Source: an uncultured Alistipes sp.
GTDB lineage: Bacteria > Bacteroidota > Bacteroidia > Bacteroidales > Rikenellaceae
Direction of reading: 5' to 3'
Length of the DNA: 64,000 nucleotides
Assembly (NCBI GenBank): GCA_944322375.1
Contig: CALUOX010000001.1
Span: 5,392-69,391 of the forward strand
Shown in pieces: positions 26,480 to 36,040 of the stretch. The translations under genes were made by a program, and so were the position numbers. Each line of letters starts with the position of its first letter. Position 1 is the first letter of the stretch. The notes beneath the pieces were generated by a model. It saw only the letters and a list, made by a program, of their open reading frames with translations, did no database searches and was not told the DNA's origin.

Positions 26480-27685
26480 TTACTGCTTGGGCTTGGGCTT
26501 GTTCTGGAACGTATAGCTCAATCCCACGCTCAATATGGTTTGTGTCTGCACGTCATAGCATTGAGCCCGATTGTAGTAGAGCTGGAAATAGATGCTTGTC
26601 GTGAGATATTTCGTAGCCTTGATGTCGATGGTGTTTTCCCACCGCACGGTGGGATGGATGGCCAGAACGGGCTCGTCGTCGGCCTGCTTGTTCTCGAGGG
26701 CGTCCCATTCGGCATGCTTCTGTTTGTAGAGTCCGAAATCGGTGTATTTGTTTTTCTGCCCGATGTCGGTGATCCAGCCGTAGAACGAGAAGAAGGAGGT
26801 ACGGTACCGCAACACCTCCTTTTTGCCGAACTTGCGGTCGAAGTCGATCTGGATGGAGGAACCGCCTTCGTATTTCGATGTTTTGCCGTTGGGCACGCCG
26901 TAAGGGGCTGTCTGGCTGTAGTTGGCCTCTTCGTGGGGCATGAAGTTGTAGTCGAAGTTGTGGCGTATGGAGGCGCTTTCGACGAAGACGGCGCTCAGGG
27001 CGACGGGCGAGAGGTTGATCTTTATGGGGAATCTCGGTGCCGGACAGGTGTAGGTGATACCTCCGGAGACATCGAGGTAGCCTGGAGACATGAAGGTGCT
27101 TTTGCGATGGATCTCTTCCTGCTCGGTTCGGGATTTGTACCCGTTGGCGAGTTGGCTGCGGAACTTGAGCACGGCGCCGTAGGACCAGTTTTTCGAGAAA
27201 CTGAACGACGGGGTGGTTTCGATCCAGAATTCATCCTGGTTCTTGAACCATACGCCGGTGCTTGATGTCGAGCCGTCGTCGTTTGTGGATTCGACCTTCA
27301 TGCGGTTGTATCCGAATTTGGCGCTGACCTTCGTATCGATGGAGAACTTCTCTTTCTTGAAGATGTGGTTGAGGTAGAAGGATCCGATCGTCGCGATGGA
27401 GTTGTCGCCGCCCGAGACGTCGATCCAGGGCTCGTTGAACGAGGTAAGTGTACCCTGTACTGAAGCCGTGACCTCGAGGTAGTTCCGTTCTTTGCGTATG
27501 GCGGCGCGTTCGGCCCGGTATTTTGCCAGCGAGAAGGCGTCGCGTTCGACCTGCTGCGTACGGATCGAGTCGGCGAAATCGACGCGTTCGGACCGGGGTC
27601 GAACCCTGTCGATAGAGATTTGCGCGGCGGCGGGAAGCGTGAGGACCGTCGCAGCCGTCAGAAGGACTATCGAGAGCTTGTTCAT
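26480..27685 (-). CDS. DUF3078-like outer-membrane protein
   Basis: Signal peptide; K..D, FRSQLANGY, FMSPGYL motifs; terminal GLSYTF strand. Confidence 0.72.
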   Translation of the reverse strand: MNKLSIVLLTAATVLTLPAAAQISIDRVRPRSERVDFADSIRTQQVERDAFSLAKYRAERAAIRKERNYLEVTASVQGTLTSFNEPWIDVSGGDNSIATIGSFYLNHIFKKEKFSIDTKVSAKFGYNRMKVESTNDDGSTSSTGVWFKNQDEFWIETTPSFSFSKNWSYGAVLKFRSQLANGYKSRTEQEEIHRKSTFMSPGYLDVSGGITYTCPAPRFPIKINLSPVALSAVFVESASIRHNFDYNFMPHEEANYSQTAPYGVPNGKTSKYEGGSSIQIDFDRKFGKKEVLRYRTSFFSFYGWITDIGQKNKYTDFGLYKQKHAEWDALENKQADDEPVLAIHPTVRWENTIDIKATKYLTTSIYFQLYYNRAQCYDVQTQTILSVGLSYTFQNKPKPKQ

Positions 27686-27745
27686 GACGTTTGGATTTGG
27701 CGTGATAATGATTTTGCAAAATTACAAATTATTCAGGAAATCGAG

Positions 27746-27753
27746 TATATTTG
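27746..27753 (+). promoter_or_regulatory. -7 box (TATATTTG), divergent from the DUF3078 promoter at 27717-27724
   Basis: Back-to-back TAnnTTTG boxes in an AT-rich patch. Confidence 0.6.
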
Positions 27754-27774
27754 CAGGAGGTAAATCTCTCCGAT

Positions 27775-28133
27775 AGGGCGCAACGTACGCGAATGCGGGA
27801 ATATGGCTTTCGCGGTTTTCTCGGTTGAAGCCGGCGGCCGGTGGCGGGCGGGCGATCCTGACTGACGGCAGGATGTATGAGTCCCGTTCAACAGGAAGAT
27901 GTGTCGGTCCCGGCCTGCGGCAAAGTGCAGCGACCCCGTCGGAGGAAGCATGTATCGGTTCCGGTTGGCGAAGGATGTAGCGGCTCCGTCTGGCGGCAAA
28001 GGAGAGCGGATTCGGTCGCGGTGGGCGGCAGGATGCATGAATTCGGGCAACGGCGGAGCGTATCGGTTTGGACCGGCAACGGATGTATTGCCTCCGGACG
28101 GCTGTTGAAGCCGGCGCAGGGCGCAAGCGTACG
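27775..28133. repeat. Degenerate intergenic repeat region upstream of nfo
   Basis: About 7 variants of GATGTATCGGTTCC; exact gttgaagccggcg at 27824 and 28104; agggcgcaa(g)cgtacgc near 27775 and 28118. Confidence 0.5.
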
Positions 28134-28243
28134 CAGTGCACCCGTATGATGGAGCACAATGCTGAATTTGTGAAATGCATGACCGTCGGCTGTGCATGCT
28201 GTGGAATGCGAACAGGGAGAAGTAATTGTAAAAAAGAAGAGAT

Positions 28244-29089
28244 ATGAAATATTTTGGAGCACATGTAAGTGCTGCGGGGGGCGTCGAGAATGCTCCGCGC
28301 AATGCACGGGCGATCGGCGCAACGGCCTTCGCTCTGTTTACGAAGAATCAGCGGCAATGGAGCGCGCCGCCTCTGACTGCCGCGCAGATCGCGGCTTTTC
28401 GTGCGGCGTGCGAGGAGTGCGGCTACGGGCCTTCGCAGATCCTGCCGCACGACAGTTATCTGATCAATCTGGGACATCCCGACGACGAAGCGTTGGAGAA
28501 GTCCCGACGTGCCTTCGAGGAGGAGATGGCGCGTTGCGAGGCGCTGGGTCTCGACCGGTTGAATTTCCATCCGGGGAGCCATCTGCGGCAGATTACGCCC
28601 GAAGCGTCACTTGATCGGATCGCGGCGTCGATCAACCGGGCGCTGGAGCGTACGCACGATGTGACGGCCGTCATCGAGAATACGGCGGGCCAGGGCTCCA
28701 ATCTCGGTTTTTCATTCTACCACCTGGCCTATCTGATCGATCGCGTGGAGGACAAGTCGCGCGTGGGAATCTGTATCGATACCTGCCATGCGTTTGCTGC
28801 GGGTTACGACCTTTCGACCCGCGCCGGATGTGAAGCTGCATTCCGGGAGCTGGACGAGGTGGTCGGACTGAAGTATTTGCGGGGCATGCACCTCAACGAT
28901 GCGATGAAGGGTGTCGGGAGCCATGTGGACCGGCATGCGCCGTTGGGAGAGGGCCTGTTGGGGTTGGAGTGTTTCCGTTATATTGCCGAGGACAGCCGGT
29001 TCGACAACATCCCGCTTGTTCTGGAGACCCCCGACGAGAGCCGGTGGCCCGAAGAGATCGCGCTGCTGAAGAGTTTCGCCGGGCAATAA
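28244..29089 (+). CDS. nfo: Endonuclease IV
   Basis: [65 protein letters not shown]. Confidence 0.97.
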   Translation: MKYFGAHVSAAGGVENAPRNARAIGATAFALFTKNQRQWSAPPLTAAQIAAFRAACEECGYGPSQILPHDSYLINLGHPDDEALEKSRRAFEEEMARCEALGLDRLNFHPGSHLRQITPEASLDRIAASINRALERTHDVTAVIENTAGQGSNLGFSFYHLAYLIDRVEDKSRVGICIDTCHAFAAGYDLSTRAGCEAAFRELDEVVGLKYLRGMHLNDAMKGVGSHVDRHAPLGEGLLGLECFRYIAEDSRFDNIPLVLETPDESRWPEEIALLKSFAGQ

Positions 29090-29239
29090 CGCGGGCCCGC
29101 AATCAACTTCGATCCACGGCAGGGGGACTGTTTGAACCTTCCACGGACCTGTTGCTCCGTGTGATTCGTGCTTTCCGGACAGCGGGTCGTATTTCTCATC
29201 CTTCGGGCGTTTTGTGCCGGCGTCGGATGCGGAAAATGA

Positions 29240-29268
29240 AAGCGGCGGACGTTGAACGTCCGCCGCTT
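29240..29268. terminator. Hairpin between convergent nfo and aminotransferase
   Basis: Perfect 14-bp inverted repeat aagcggcggacgtt/aacgtccgccgctt. Confidence 0.7.
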
Positions 29269-29409
29269 CTGTTCTGTCTGGCGGTGCTCTTCAGCGATGC
29301 GCTTTAGTCTTCGCTTCTCCCGCCTCCTCTCCCTCTCCGGGATGCAGCTGTTTGCTCATGGGTGCCTGCAACATGGCCCGATGTGTCTCTGACATCGGGA
29401 TGAAGTGCC

Positions 29410-30609
29410 TTAAAGCCGGTCGAGACACGTGCGGATGAGCTGCGCCGAGTCGCGGACCTCCTCGTCGGAGATGGTCAGCGGCGGCGAGATGCGGAACGCC
29501 TTGTCGCAGAAGAGGAACCAGTCGCTCAGAATACCGGCCTCCTTGAAGAGCTCCATGATGCGGTAGAGCTTCTCGGACGACCCTAATTCGACAGCAAGCA
29601 GCAGTCCGCTGCGACGGATCTCCCGTACCTGCGGATGGTCGCGGAGCAGCGACTCGTAAAGGGCACCTTTCTCTTCGACCTGCTCGACGATGCCGTTCCC
29701 GATGAGATAATCGTATGCCGCCAGTCCGGCCGCACAGCAGACGGGATGCCCTCCGAAGGTGGTGATGTGTCCCAGCACGGGTTCGCTTTGCAGCGTATCC
29801 ATGATCTTTTTCGACGAGATGAAGGCTCCGAGGGGCATGCCGCCGCCGAAGGCCTTCGCCAGACAGACGATGTCGGGTGTGACGCCGTATTTCTGCATGG
29901 CGAAGAGACGTCCGGTACGTCCCAGTCCGGTCTGTATCTCGTCGAAGATGAGCAGTGCACCGGTCTGGTCGCAACGTTTGCGCAGCGCCTCCAGCCACCC
30001 TGCGGCCGGCAGTCGCACGCCGGCTTCACCCTGTACGGGCTCGACCAGTACGGCGGCCGTGCGGCGGGTTACGGCCTGCAGGGCATCGAAATCGTTGAAC
30101 TCGATGGCGCGGACGTCGGGCAGCAGCGGCCGGAAGGCCCCTTTCCACTCTTCGCCTTCGGGTGCACCCATCATGCTCATTGCGCCGTGCGTCGAGCCGT
30201 GATAGGCGCGGCGCATGGAGATGAGCTCCGTGCGGCCCGTGAAGCGTTTGGCCAGCTTGAGCGCTCCCTCGACCGCCTCGGCACCGGAGTTGACGAAGTA
30301 GATGCTTTCGAGCGGATCGGGCAGTGCGGCGGCGATGCGTGCGGCATAGGCCACCTGCGGCGATTCGATCAGTTCGCCATAGACCATGATATGCATGTAT
30401 CGCGCAGCCTGCTCCTGCACGGCGCGCACGACGGCGGGATTGGCATGCCCGACGTTGCTCACCGAGACGCCGGCGACCAGATCGTAATAACGTTTTCCTT
30501 CGGGCGTGTAGAAGAACGATCCTTCGGCACGCGCCACCTCGACAAGCATCGGCGACGGCGAGGTCTGACCGACGTGTGCGAGGAATTGTTTGCGTAAAAT
30601 CGTATGCAT
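29410..30609 (-). CDS. Class III PLP aminotransferase (acetylornithine aminotransferase-like)
   Basis: YDLVAGVSV..GH, NSGAEAVEGALK, AYHGST, EPVQGEAG, FDEIQTG.GRTG, LAKAFGGGMP, TTFGGHP. Confidence 0.92.
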   Translation of the reverse strand: MHTILRKQFLAHVGQTSPSPMLVEVARAEGSFFYTPEGKRYYDLVAGVSVSNVGHANPAVVRAVQEQAARYMHIMVYGELIESPQVAYAARIAAALPDPLESIYFVNSGAEAVEGALKLAKRFTGRTELISMRRAYHGSTHGAMSMMGAPEGEEWKGAFRPLLPDVRAIEFNDFDALQAVTRRTAAVLVEPVQGEAGVRLPAAGWLEALRKRCDQTGALLIFDEIQTGLGRTGRLFAMQKYGVTPDIVCLAKAFGGGMPLGAFISSKKIMDTLQSEPVLGHITTFGGHPVCCAAGLAAYDYLIGNGIVEQVEEKGALYESLLRDHPQVREIRRSGLLLAVELGSSEKLYRIMELFKEAGILSDWFLFCDKAFRISPPLTISDEEVRDSAQLIRTCLDRL

Positions 30610-30674
30610 GGAATTATATCGTACAATGGTTGATCCGATTGTCAGTGCAACCGGCAGCCTGGTTCTGTTTCATT

Positions 30675-30733
30675 TCGCTTCTTCCCTTCGTCTCGCTTCT
30701 TCCCTTCGTCCTGCCCCTTCGTCTTGTCCCTTT
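30675..30733. repeat. Pyrimidine-rich tandem repeat
   Basis: tcgcttcttcccttcgtc twice exactly (30675-30710), then decayed copies. Confidence 0.7.
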
Positions 30734-30829
30734 CTCTCGTTTTCGCGGTCCTGCCCGATCCGCACCGAGGCGGGAGGATGCTCCGCCAACGTTGTGCTGC
30801 CGGGGCTGCGGGATGTATTTGCCGTGCGG

Positions 30830-31537
30830 TTATTGCCCGATGTCGTCGGGGAATCGGCGGGCAAGAATCTCCTGCGCACTTCGCACGGAGGCCGTTAACC
30901 ACCGCAGCCGCAGGGCGGACGACTCCTCCGGTGCAAGCTGCCACGTTTCGACCTGTTGCCGCACCCGTTCCGAAAACATGTAGATCAGAATGGCGGCCGA
31001 AGCCGAAACGTTGAGGCTTTCGACCAGTCCGCACATCGGGATGCGCAGGTATTCGTCGGCTGCCGCCATCGCCTCCTGTGAGATGCCGGCATGTTCCGTT
31101 CCGAAGATCAGGGCGAAGGGGCCGCGCGTCACATCGAAGGTTTCAGGCGTGCAGCTTTCGCGGTGCGGGGTCGTCGCCACCAGCCTGTATCCTTCGGCCC
31201 GCAGTGCGGCGAGCGCCTCGGCGGTCGAAGGATGCCGCTGCACGTCGATCCACTTGTCGGTGCCGCGCACGATGCTGGCGTTGGGCTGGAACTTGCAGCG
31301 TGTTTCGACCGTGTGCAGCTCCTGCACGCCGAAGGCGTCGCAGTGACGCATGAGCGCCGAGGCGTTGTGCGGGTGAAAGAGGTTCTCGGTCAGCAGCGTC
31401 ATGTAGCGTGTGCGCATGGCAAGTGCCGCCATGAGCGTGCGATAGCGCTGCGGCGTGACGAACTCCGCGAGGTAGTCGGCCCGCTCGTCGTACCACGCCT
31501 GCGGATGGCTATTTGCGGTATTTGTCATCGTCGTCAA
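30830..31537 (-). CDS. trmH: TrmH/SpoU family RNA methyltransferase
   Basis: ENLFHPHNASA..RHCDAFG, FGTEHAGIS, IPMCGLVESLNVSAS. Confidence 0.9.
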   Translation of the reverse strand: MTTMTNTANSHPQAWYDERADYLAEFVTPQRYRTLMAALAMRTRYMTLLTENLFHPHNASALMRHCDAFGVQELHTVETRCKFQPNASIVRGTDKWIDVQRHPSTAEALAALRAEGYRLVATTPHRESCTPETFDVTRGPFALIFGTEHAGISQEAMAAADEYLRIPMCGLVESLNVSASAAILIYMFSERVRQQVETWQLAPEESSALRLRWLTASVRSAQEILARRFPDDIGQ

Positions 31538-32435
31538 GGATTTTCAGATAGCTTTCGTAGCGCGACCATGCGATGTCACCGCGTTCGACCGCATCGCGTA
31601 CGGCACATCCCGGTTCGTGGGTGTGCGTGCAGTTGTAGAAACGGCAGTCGGGCGCCGTGCGCAGCATTTCGGGGAAGTAGTGCCACACCTCGTGGTCGTC
31701 GATATCGATCAGTCCGAACCCCTTGATTCCGGGAGTATCGATCAGGAACCCGCCGTTCGAGAGGGGGTACATGGCGGAGAAGGTGGTGGTATGGCGTCCC
31801 GTGCCGTGGCTCTCCGAAATGGTTCCCGTGCGGAGTTCCAGACCGGGTTCAAGGGTGCCGACGAGGGTCGATTTCCCGACGCCGGAGTTGCCCGACAGCA
31901 GGGTCGTGCGTCCGGCTGTCATGTCACGAACGGTCTCCACGCCCGTACCGTCGAGCGCCGAGAGGTCGATGACCCGATAGCCGGCCCCTTCGTAGGTGGC
32001 ATGGAAGGCCGTGACGGCTTCGGGATCGGCCGCCGCGAGATCGTATTTGGCCAGCAGAATCGTTGCCGGAATCTTGTAGGCTTCGCACGTCACCAGAAAG
32101 CGGTCGATGAATTCGGGGGCCGTCACGGGCTCCGCAAGCGTCACGACCAGCAGCGCCTGATCGATGTTCGCGGCGATGATGTGCGACTCTTTCGAGAGAT
32201 TCGAGGCGCGTCGGATGATGTAGTTGCGGCGCGGCAGGATGCGGTCGATGACCCATTCTCCGTCGGCGCCCTGCACGCAGACGACCCTGTCGCCCACCAC
32301 GACCGGATTGGTCGAACGAACCCCTTTGAGACGTATGCGGCCGCGTATGCGGCAGGCTATCGTCTCTCCGTTGTGCAGGACATCATACCAGCTGCCGGTC
32401 GCCCTGGTGACCGTTCCTTCGATTTCAGCACTCAT
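31509..32435 (-). CDS. rsgA: Ribosome small subunit-dependent GTPase RsgA
   Basis: OB fold NPVVVGDRV, AANIDQ, GNSGVGKSTL, GRHTTT, DTPGIKGFG, CRFYNCTHTHEPGCAV. Start set at MSAEIEG. Confidence 0.96.
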   Translation of the reverse strand: MSAEIEGTVTRATGSWYDVLHNGETIACRIRGRIRLKGVRSTNPVVVGDRVVCVQGADGEWVIDRILPRRNYIIRRASNLSKESHIIAANIDQALLVVTLAEPVTAPEFIDRFLVTCEAYKIPATILLAKYDLAAADPEAVTAFHATYEGAGYRVIDLSALDGTGVETVRDMTAGRTTLLSGNSGVGKSTLVGTLEPGLELRTGTISESHGTGRHTTTFSAMYPLSNGGFLIDTPGIKGFGLIDIDDHEVWHYFPEMLRTAPDCRFYNCTHTHEPGCAVRDAVERGDIAWSRYESYLKILDDDDKYRK

Positions 32436-33018
32436 GTTCTGCTGTATTTGCATGTGTTGACGGTTGGCCCTTGCCGTTGTCCTTATGCTCCGGAGTGACT
32501 CCGGATGCTTCATGCAGGTCCGGCAGAGCATCCGTTTCCGGAAGATAACGGCGTGCGTAGTCGCTCAGAGGCGGAAAGACGGTATCGGCGACCTGCATGA
32601 TCGGCCCGTAGCATTTCGATTCGCTGCGGGTCTCGGGCGCGATGAGCTTGGGCGCGAAGTAATCGACGGCCGTAAAGAGAAGCCCCAGCAGCAGCACCCC
32701 CTCGACGATCCCGAGCAGAATGCCCAGCAGGGCGTTTACGCCGCCCAGTCCGATTGTGCTGCAGGCCTTGGCGACGATTCGGCCGATGATACCGGCGACG
32801 ATGAGCGTCACGACGAGCAGGACGAGGAACCCCACGATGTCGGCCGCACGGCCTTCGAGCTGCAGGGCTTTGCCGCACTGCGGCCCGTAGGAGAGTGCGA
32901 GCCAGATGCCGGCGACGAGACCTCCGAGACTGAAGATCTTGCCGATGAGACCCTTGCGCCAGCCGTTGAAGACGGCGACGGCCAGTACCAGCCAGACGAT
33001 GATATCGAGCATGTTCAT
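32425..33018 (-). CDS. CvpA family membrane protein
   Basis: MLDII...GWRKGLI, NALLG..LG..EG; -7 box at 33045-33052. Confidence 0.85.
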   Translation of the reverse strand: MNMLDIIVWLVLAVAVFNGWRKGLIGKIFSLGGLVAGIWLALSYGPQCGKALQLEGRAADIVGFLVLLVVTLIVAGIIGRIVAKACSTIGLGGVNALLGILLGIVEGVLLLGLLFTAVDYFAPKLIAPETRSESKCYGPIMQVADTVFPPLSDYARRYLPETDALPDLHEASGVTPEHKDNGKGQPSTHANTAEHEC

Positions 33019-33373
33019 AGCGTGGACGAACGTTCTTTTATGGACAAAGATACGCATTATTTTCCAGGATCGGCGATGTTCTGTCGCAAGAGCCGGAAAA
33101 AAGCTCCGGTATATACTTTCTCCGATAAGTTTTCGTTGATTTTGCGTATCTTTGTACGGGATATGTCCGCGTGAGATGCACGATGTGGAGAGCGGCCGGA
33201 CGGAGGACTTCGAAACCGGATGTTTCGGGGATGCGTGCCGTCGCAGAGGGCCGGAGATGTGCATGGATCCGCTGGCGGCAAGCCCCGGCCGATCCTGTTT
33301 TTGCTCGTGCGGCAGACGTAAAACGGTGGCCTTCGGACGTTGGAGTGCCGGAGGCCCGATTTGGGAGATGAAT

Positions 33374-35413
33374 ATGAAACGTTATCTGTTGTTGATCATC
33401 CTGTTGGCGGCAGGAATTGCGGGCGCGGACGCGCGGGAGACTTACCGGCTGAATGACGACTGGAGTTTCTATTTCCGCAGTGAAAACAGCGCCGACGATG
33501 CGCGGTACGTGACCTTGCCGCATACATGGAACCTTGATGCGCTGGCCGGCAATTCGGAATACCTGCGCACGACGGGAAACTATACACGGAGGCTCTATGT
33601 CCCGGCGGAATGGTCGTCCAAACGGTTGTTCCTCCGCTTCGGAGGCGTGCAGACCGTCGCCGATGTCTTTGTCAACGGCTGCCATGTCGGCGAGCATCGG
33701 GGCGGATTTACGGCCTTCACGTTCGAGATCACCGACCGGGTGAAGTTCGGCGCCGGGAACAACCTGCTCGTAGTGGTGAGCAATACCTTTCAGAACGATG
33801 TTCTTCCGACCTCGACCGAGCAGAACGTCTATGGCGGAATCTACCGCGACGTGGAGTTGATCGTTACCGATCGCACGGCCGTTTCTCCGACGGTGTGGGG
33901 TACCGACGGACTCTTCGTCGAACAACTTTCGGTCGATGAAGATGCCGTGCAGTGTCGTGCCATGATCTATCTTTCGGTGCCGAAAGAGTGTCCCGGAACG
34001 GTGTCGCTGACCGTGCGCGATCCGGAAGGGTATGTCGTTGTCGAGAAGAGCCATCGCAACAACCGTGCGGCGGAGAGTCCCGTGGCCATTCCTTTCGAGG
34101 TGGAGGCGCCGCAGCTGTGGAGCCCCTCGTCGCCGAAACTCTATACGGTGACGGCCCGTGTGGCATGTGATTCGTTGTCCGACGAGGTGACGGTGCGGAC
34201 CGGATTCCGCAAACTGGCCGTGTCGAATCGCGGACTGGTCATCAACGGCGATACGGTCCGTCTGCACGGCGTGGCCCTCTACCACGATCGTGCGAGCGTG
34301 GCCAATGCCTTTACGAAGGCCGACTATGACGAGGATCTGCAACTTATACGGGATGTGGGTGCCAATGCCGTGCATTCGATGTCGGGACCGCACGACAGCT
34401 ACCTTTACGACCGGCTCGACGAGGCCGGAATCGTGGCATGGATCGATCTTCCGCTTACGCGTTCTCCCTATCTGGGCGATATATTCTACTTCCCGACAGA
34501 CCGGTTCCGGCTCAACGGCCGTGAACAGGCGAGGGAAATCATCGCTCAGAATTTCAACCATCCTTCGGTGGTGATGTGGGGAATCTTTTCGGAGGTCTGG
34601 CAGCGCGGCGATGATGTGACACCCTATGTCCGGGAGCTCAACACCCTGGTCAAACAGGCGGATCCGTCGCGTCCGACAGTGGCGCTGAGCAATCAGGACG
34701 GCGAACTGAATACGATTACCGATCTGATTGTCCTCAAACAGAATGTCGGCTGGACGCGCGGCACGACCGACGATGTGGGTTACTGGTGCCGGACGCTCCA
34801 TGCCTCGTGGGGGAATCTGCTCGCGGCTGCCTGCTACGGGGCTCCGGGCTATCCTTCACAGCAGGATGATCTGATCGAACGCCCGACGGCAAGGGCGCAT
34901 TGGCTGCCCGAACGCGGCCAGAGCCGTTTCCATGAGGAGTATGCCAAGGTGATCGTTCCCGATACGCTTTTCTGGGGCGAATGGATCAATGCGATGTTCG
35001 ATTTCGGTACGGCGCGCGGTGCGAACGACCGTTATGCCTGCGGCCTTGTTACGCTCGACCGGCGGCAGTGCAAGGACATCTATTACCTCTACCGGTCGCT
35101 GTGGAACCGGCGCGATACGACGTTGTATCTTGCCGAGCGGCGGTGGCGGGTGCGTCCCGAGGCGAACCAGCGGATCAAGCTCTATGCTTCGGTCGATGAT
35201 GCGGTGCTGCTTGTCAATGACGACAGCGTGGCCCTCACGAAATATGCTCCGGGGCAGTTCTTCGCCGACTGTACGCTACAGCCGGGTGACAACCGGATCG
35301 AGGCACGCTGCGGCACGCGGCGCGACAGCGTGACGCTCAAAGTCGGCACTGCATTAAAATCCCGCGACTTCGGGGCCCTTCGCAAAACAAAAGATCGACG
35401 ATCGAAAGATTAG
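33374..35413 (+). CDS. Secreted GH2-family protein with degenerate catalytic residues
   Basis: LPHTWN, LRFGGV, HRGGFTAF, YGGIYRDV, GFRK, NHPSVVMWG..SE. The nucleophile-site SEYG reads ACYG. Confidence 0.88.
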   Translation: MKRYLLLIILLAAGIAGADARETYRLNDDWSFYFRSENSADDARYVTLPHTWNLDALAGNSEYLRTTGNYTRRLYVPAEWSSKRLFLRFGGVQTVADVFVNGCHVGEHRGGFTAFTFEITDRVKFGAGNNLLVVVSNTFQNDVLPTSTEQNVYGGIYRDVELIVTDRTAVSPTVWGTDGLFVEQLSVDEDAVQCRAMIYLSVPKECPGTVSLTVRDPEGYVVVEKSHRNNRAAESPVAIPFEVEAPQLWSPSSPKLYTVTARVACDSLSDEVTVRTGFRKLAVSNRGLVINGDTVRLHGVALYHDRASVANAFTKADYDEDLQLIRDVGANAVHSMSGPHDSYLYDRLDEAGIVAWIDLPLTRSPYLGDIFYFPTDRFRLNGREQAREIIAQNFNHPSVVMWGIFSEVWQRGDDVTPYVRELNTLVKQADPSRPTVALSNQDGELNTITDLIVLKQNVGWTRGTTDDVGYWCRTLHASWGNLLAAACYGAPGYPSQQDDLIERPTARAHWLPERGQSRFHEEYAKVIVPDTLFWGEWINAMFDFGTARGANDRYACGLVTLDRRQCKDIYYLYRSLWNRRDTTLYLAERRWRVRPEANQRIKLYASVDDAVLLVNDDSVALTKYAPGQFFADCTLQPGDNRIEARCGTRRDSVTLKVGTALKSRDFGALRKTKDRRSKD

Positions 35414-35954
35414 CCGCAAAGGGCATGCGGTCGGAAAAGACCTGTATGTAGGGCACGGGCGTGAAGTTCGTGCCCTGCTTCTTTTTGGGCCGCAGGTCGA
35501 GTGCGGGGGAGCCGTCGTCGTCGAAGGACTCCGCCGGCAGGTAGCGGTCGGAAAGCGGCGGAACCTCCAGATGCAGTATGTCGGCCAAAAGCGCCATGAG
35601 TCCCAGATCGAAGTCAAGGAGGAACTCGTATCGCTGCGTGTAGAAAGGTTCGAAACGCGGGGCGTAATGGTCGAAGTAGGGGGAAGCCTTGTATGCCGAG
35701 ACCAGCGCCGTCCAATGCTGGTGCTGCCAGCGTTTCGAGTAGTCGATGCGCAGGTCGCAGAGCGGCGTGCGCGGACGGTTCGCCCGCACGACCTGCACGG
35801 TGAGATCCAACGGGCCGTTGGCCGTCAGGATGCGTGTGCGGTTGCGTTCGGACCGCTTGACGAAGTGTTCATGCGCATCGATCACGCAACGCTCCTGCGC
35901 CCAGTGGGCGCAGTATTCAATCGAAGGCAGATAGGCGGCGGGAAGTATCGTCAT
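35337..35954 (-). CDS. WbqC family protein
   Basis: AYLPSIEY, EHFVKRSERNRTRI, WQHQHW.AL..AY.ASPYFDHY, NLSIVDLLF. Start at MTILPAAY; overlaps GH2 3' end by 77 nt. Confidence 0.88.
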   Translation of the reverse strand: MTILPAAYLPSIEYCAHWAQERCVIDAHEHFVKRSERNRTRILTANGPLDLTVQVVRANRPRTPLCDLRIDYSKRWQHQHWTALVSAYKASPYFDHYAPRFEPFYTQRYEFLLDFDLGLMALLADILHLEVPPLSDRYLPAESFDDDGSPALDLRPKKKQGTNFTPVPYIQVFSDRMPFAANLSIVDLLFCEGPRSRGILMQCRL

Positions 35955-36040
35955 GGGTCCGATGTATTCCGTTTTCTGGTCCGTGTTGTCCGATTCGGGA
36001 GGGGCTGGAACTGTGTCGTTTTTAGGAGAGCCCTCTCCGC

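Noticed and set aside
27775-28133. CRISPR-like array
   Set aside because: Repeats are degenerate and irregularly spaced, and there are no cas genes.
35337-35413. 77-nt convergent overlap of GH2 and wbqC
   Set aside because: Both C-termini look like dispensable extensions; no evidence of regulatory function.
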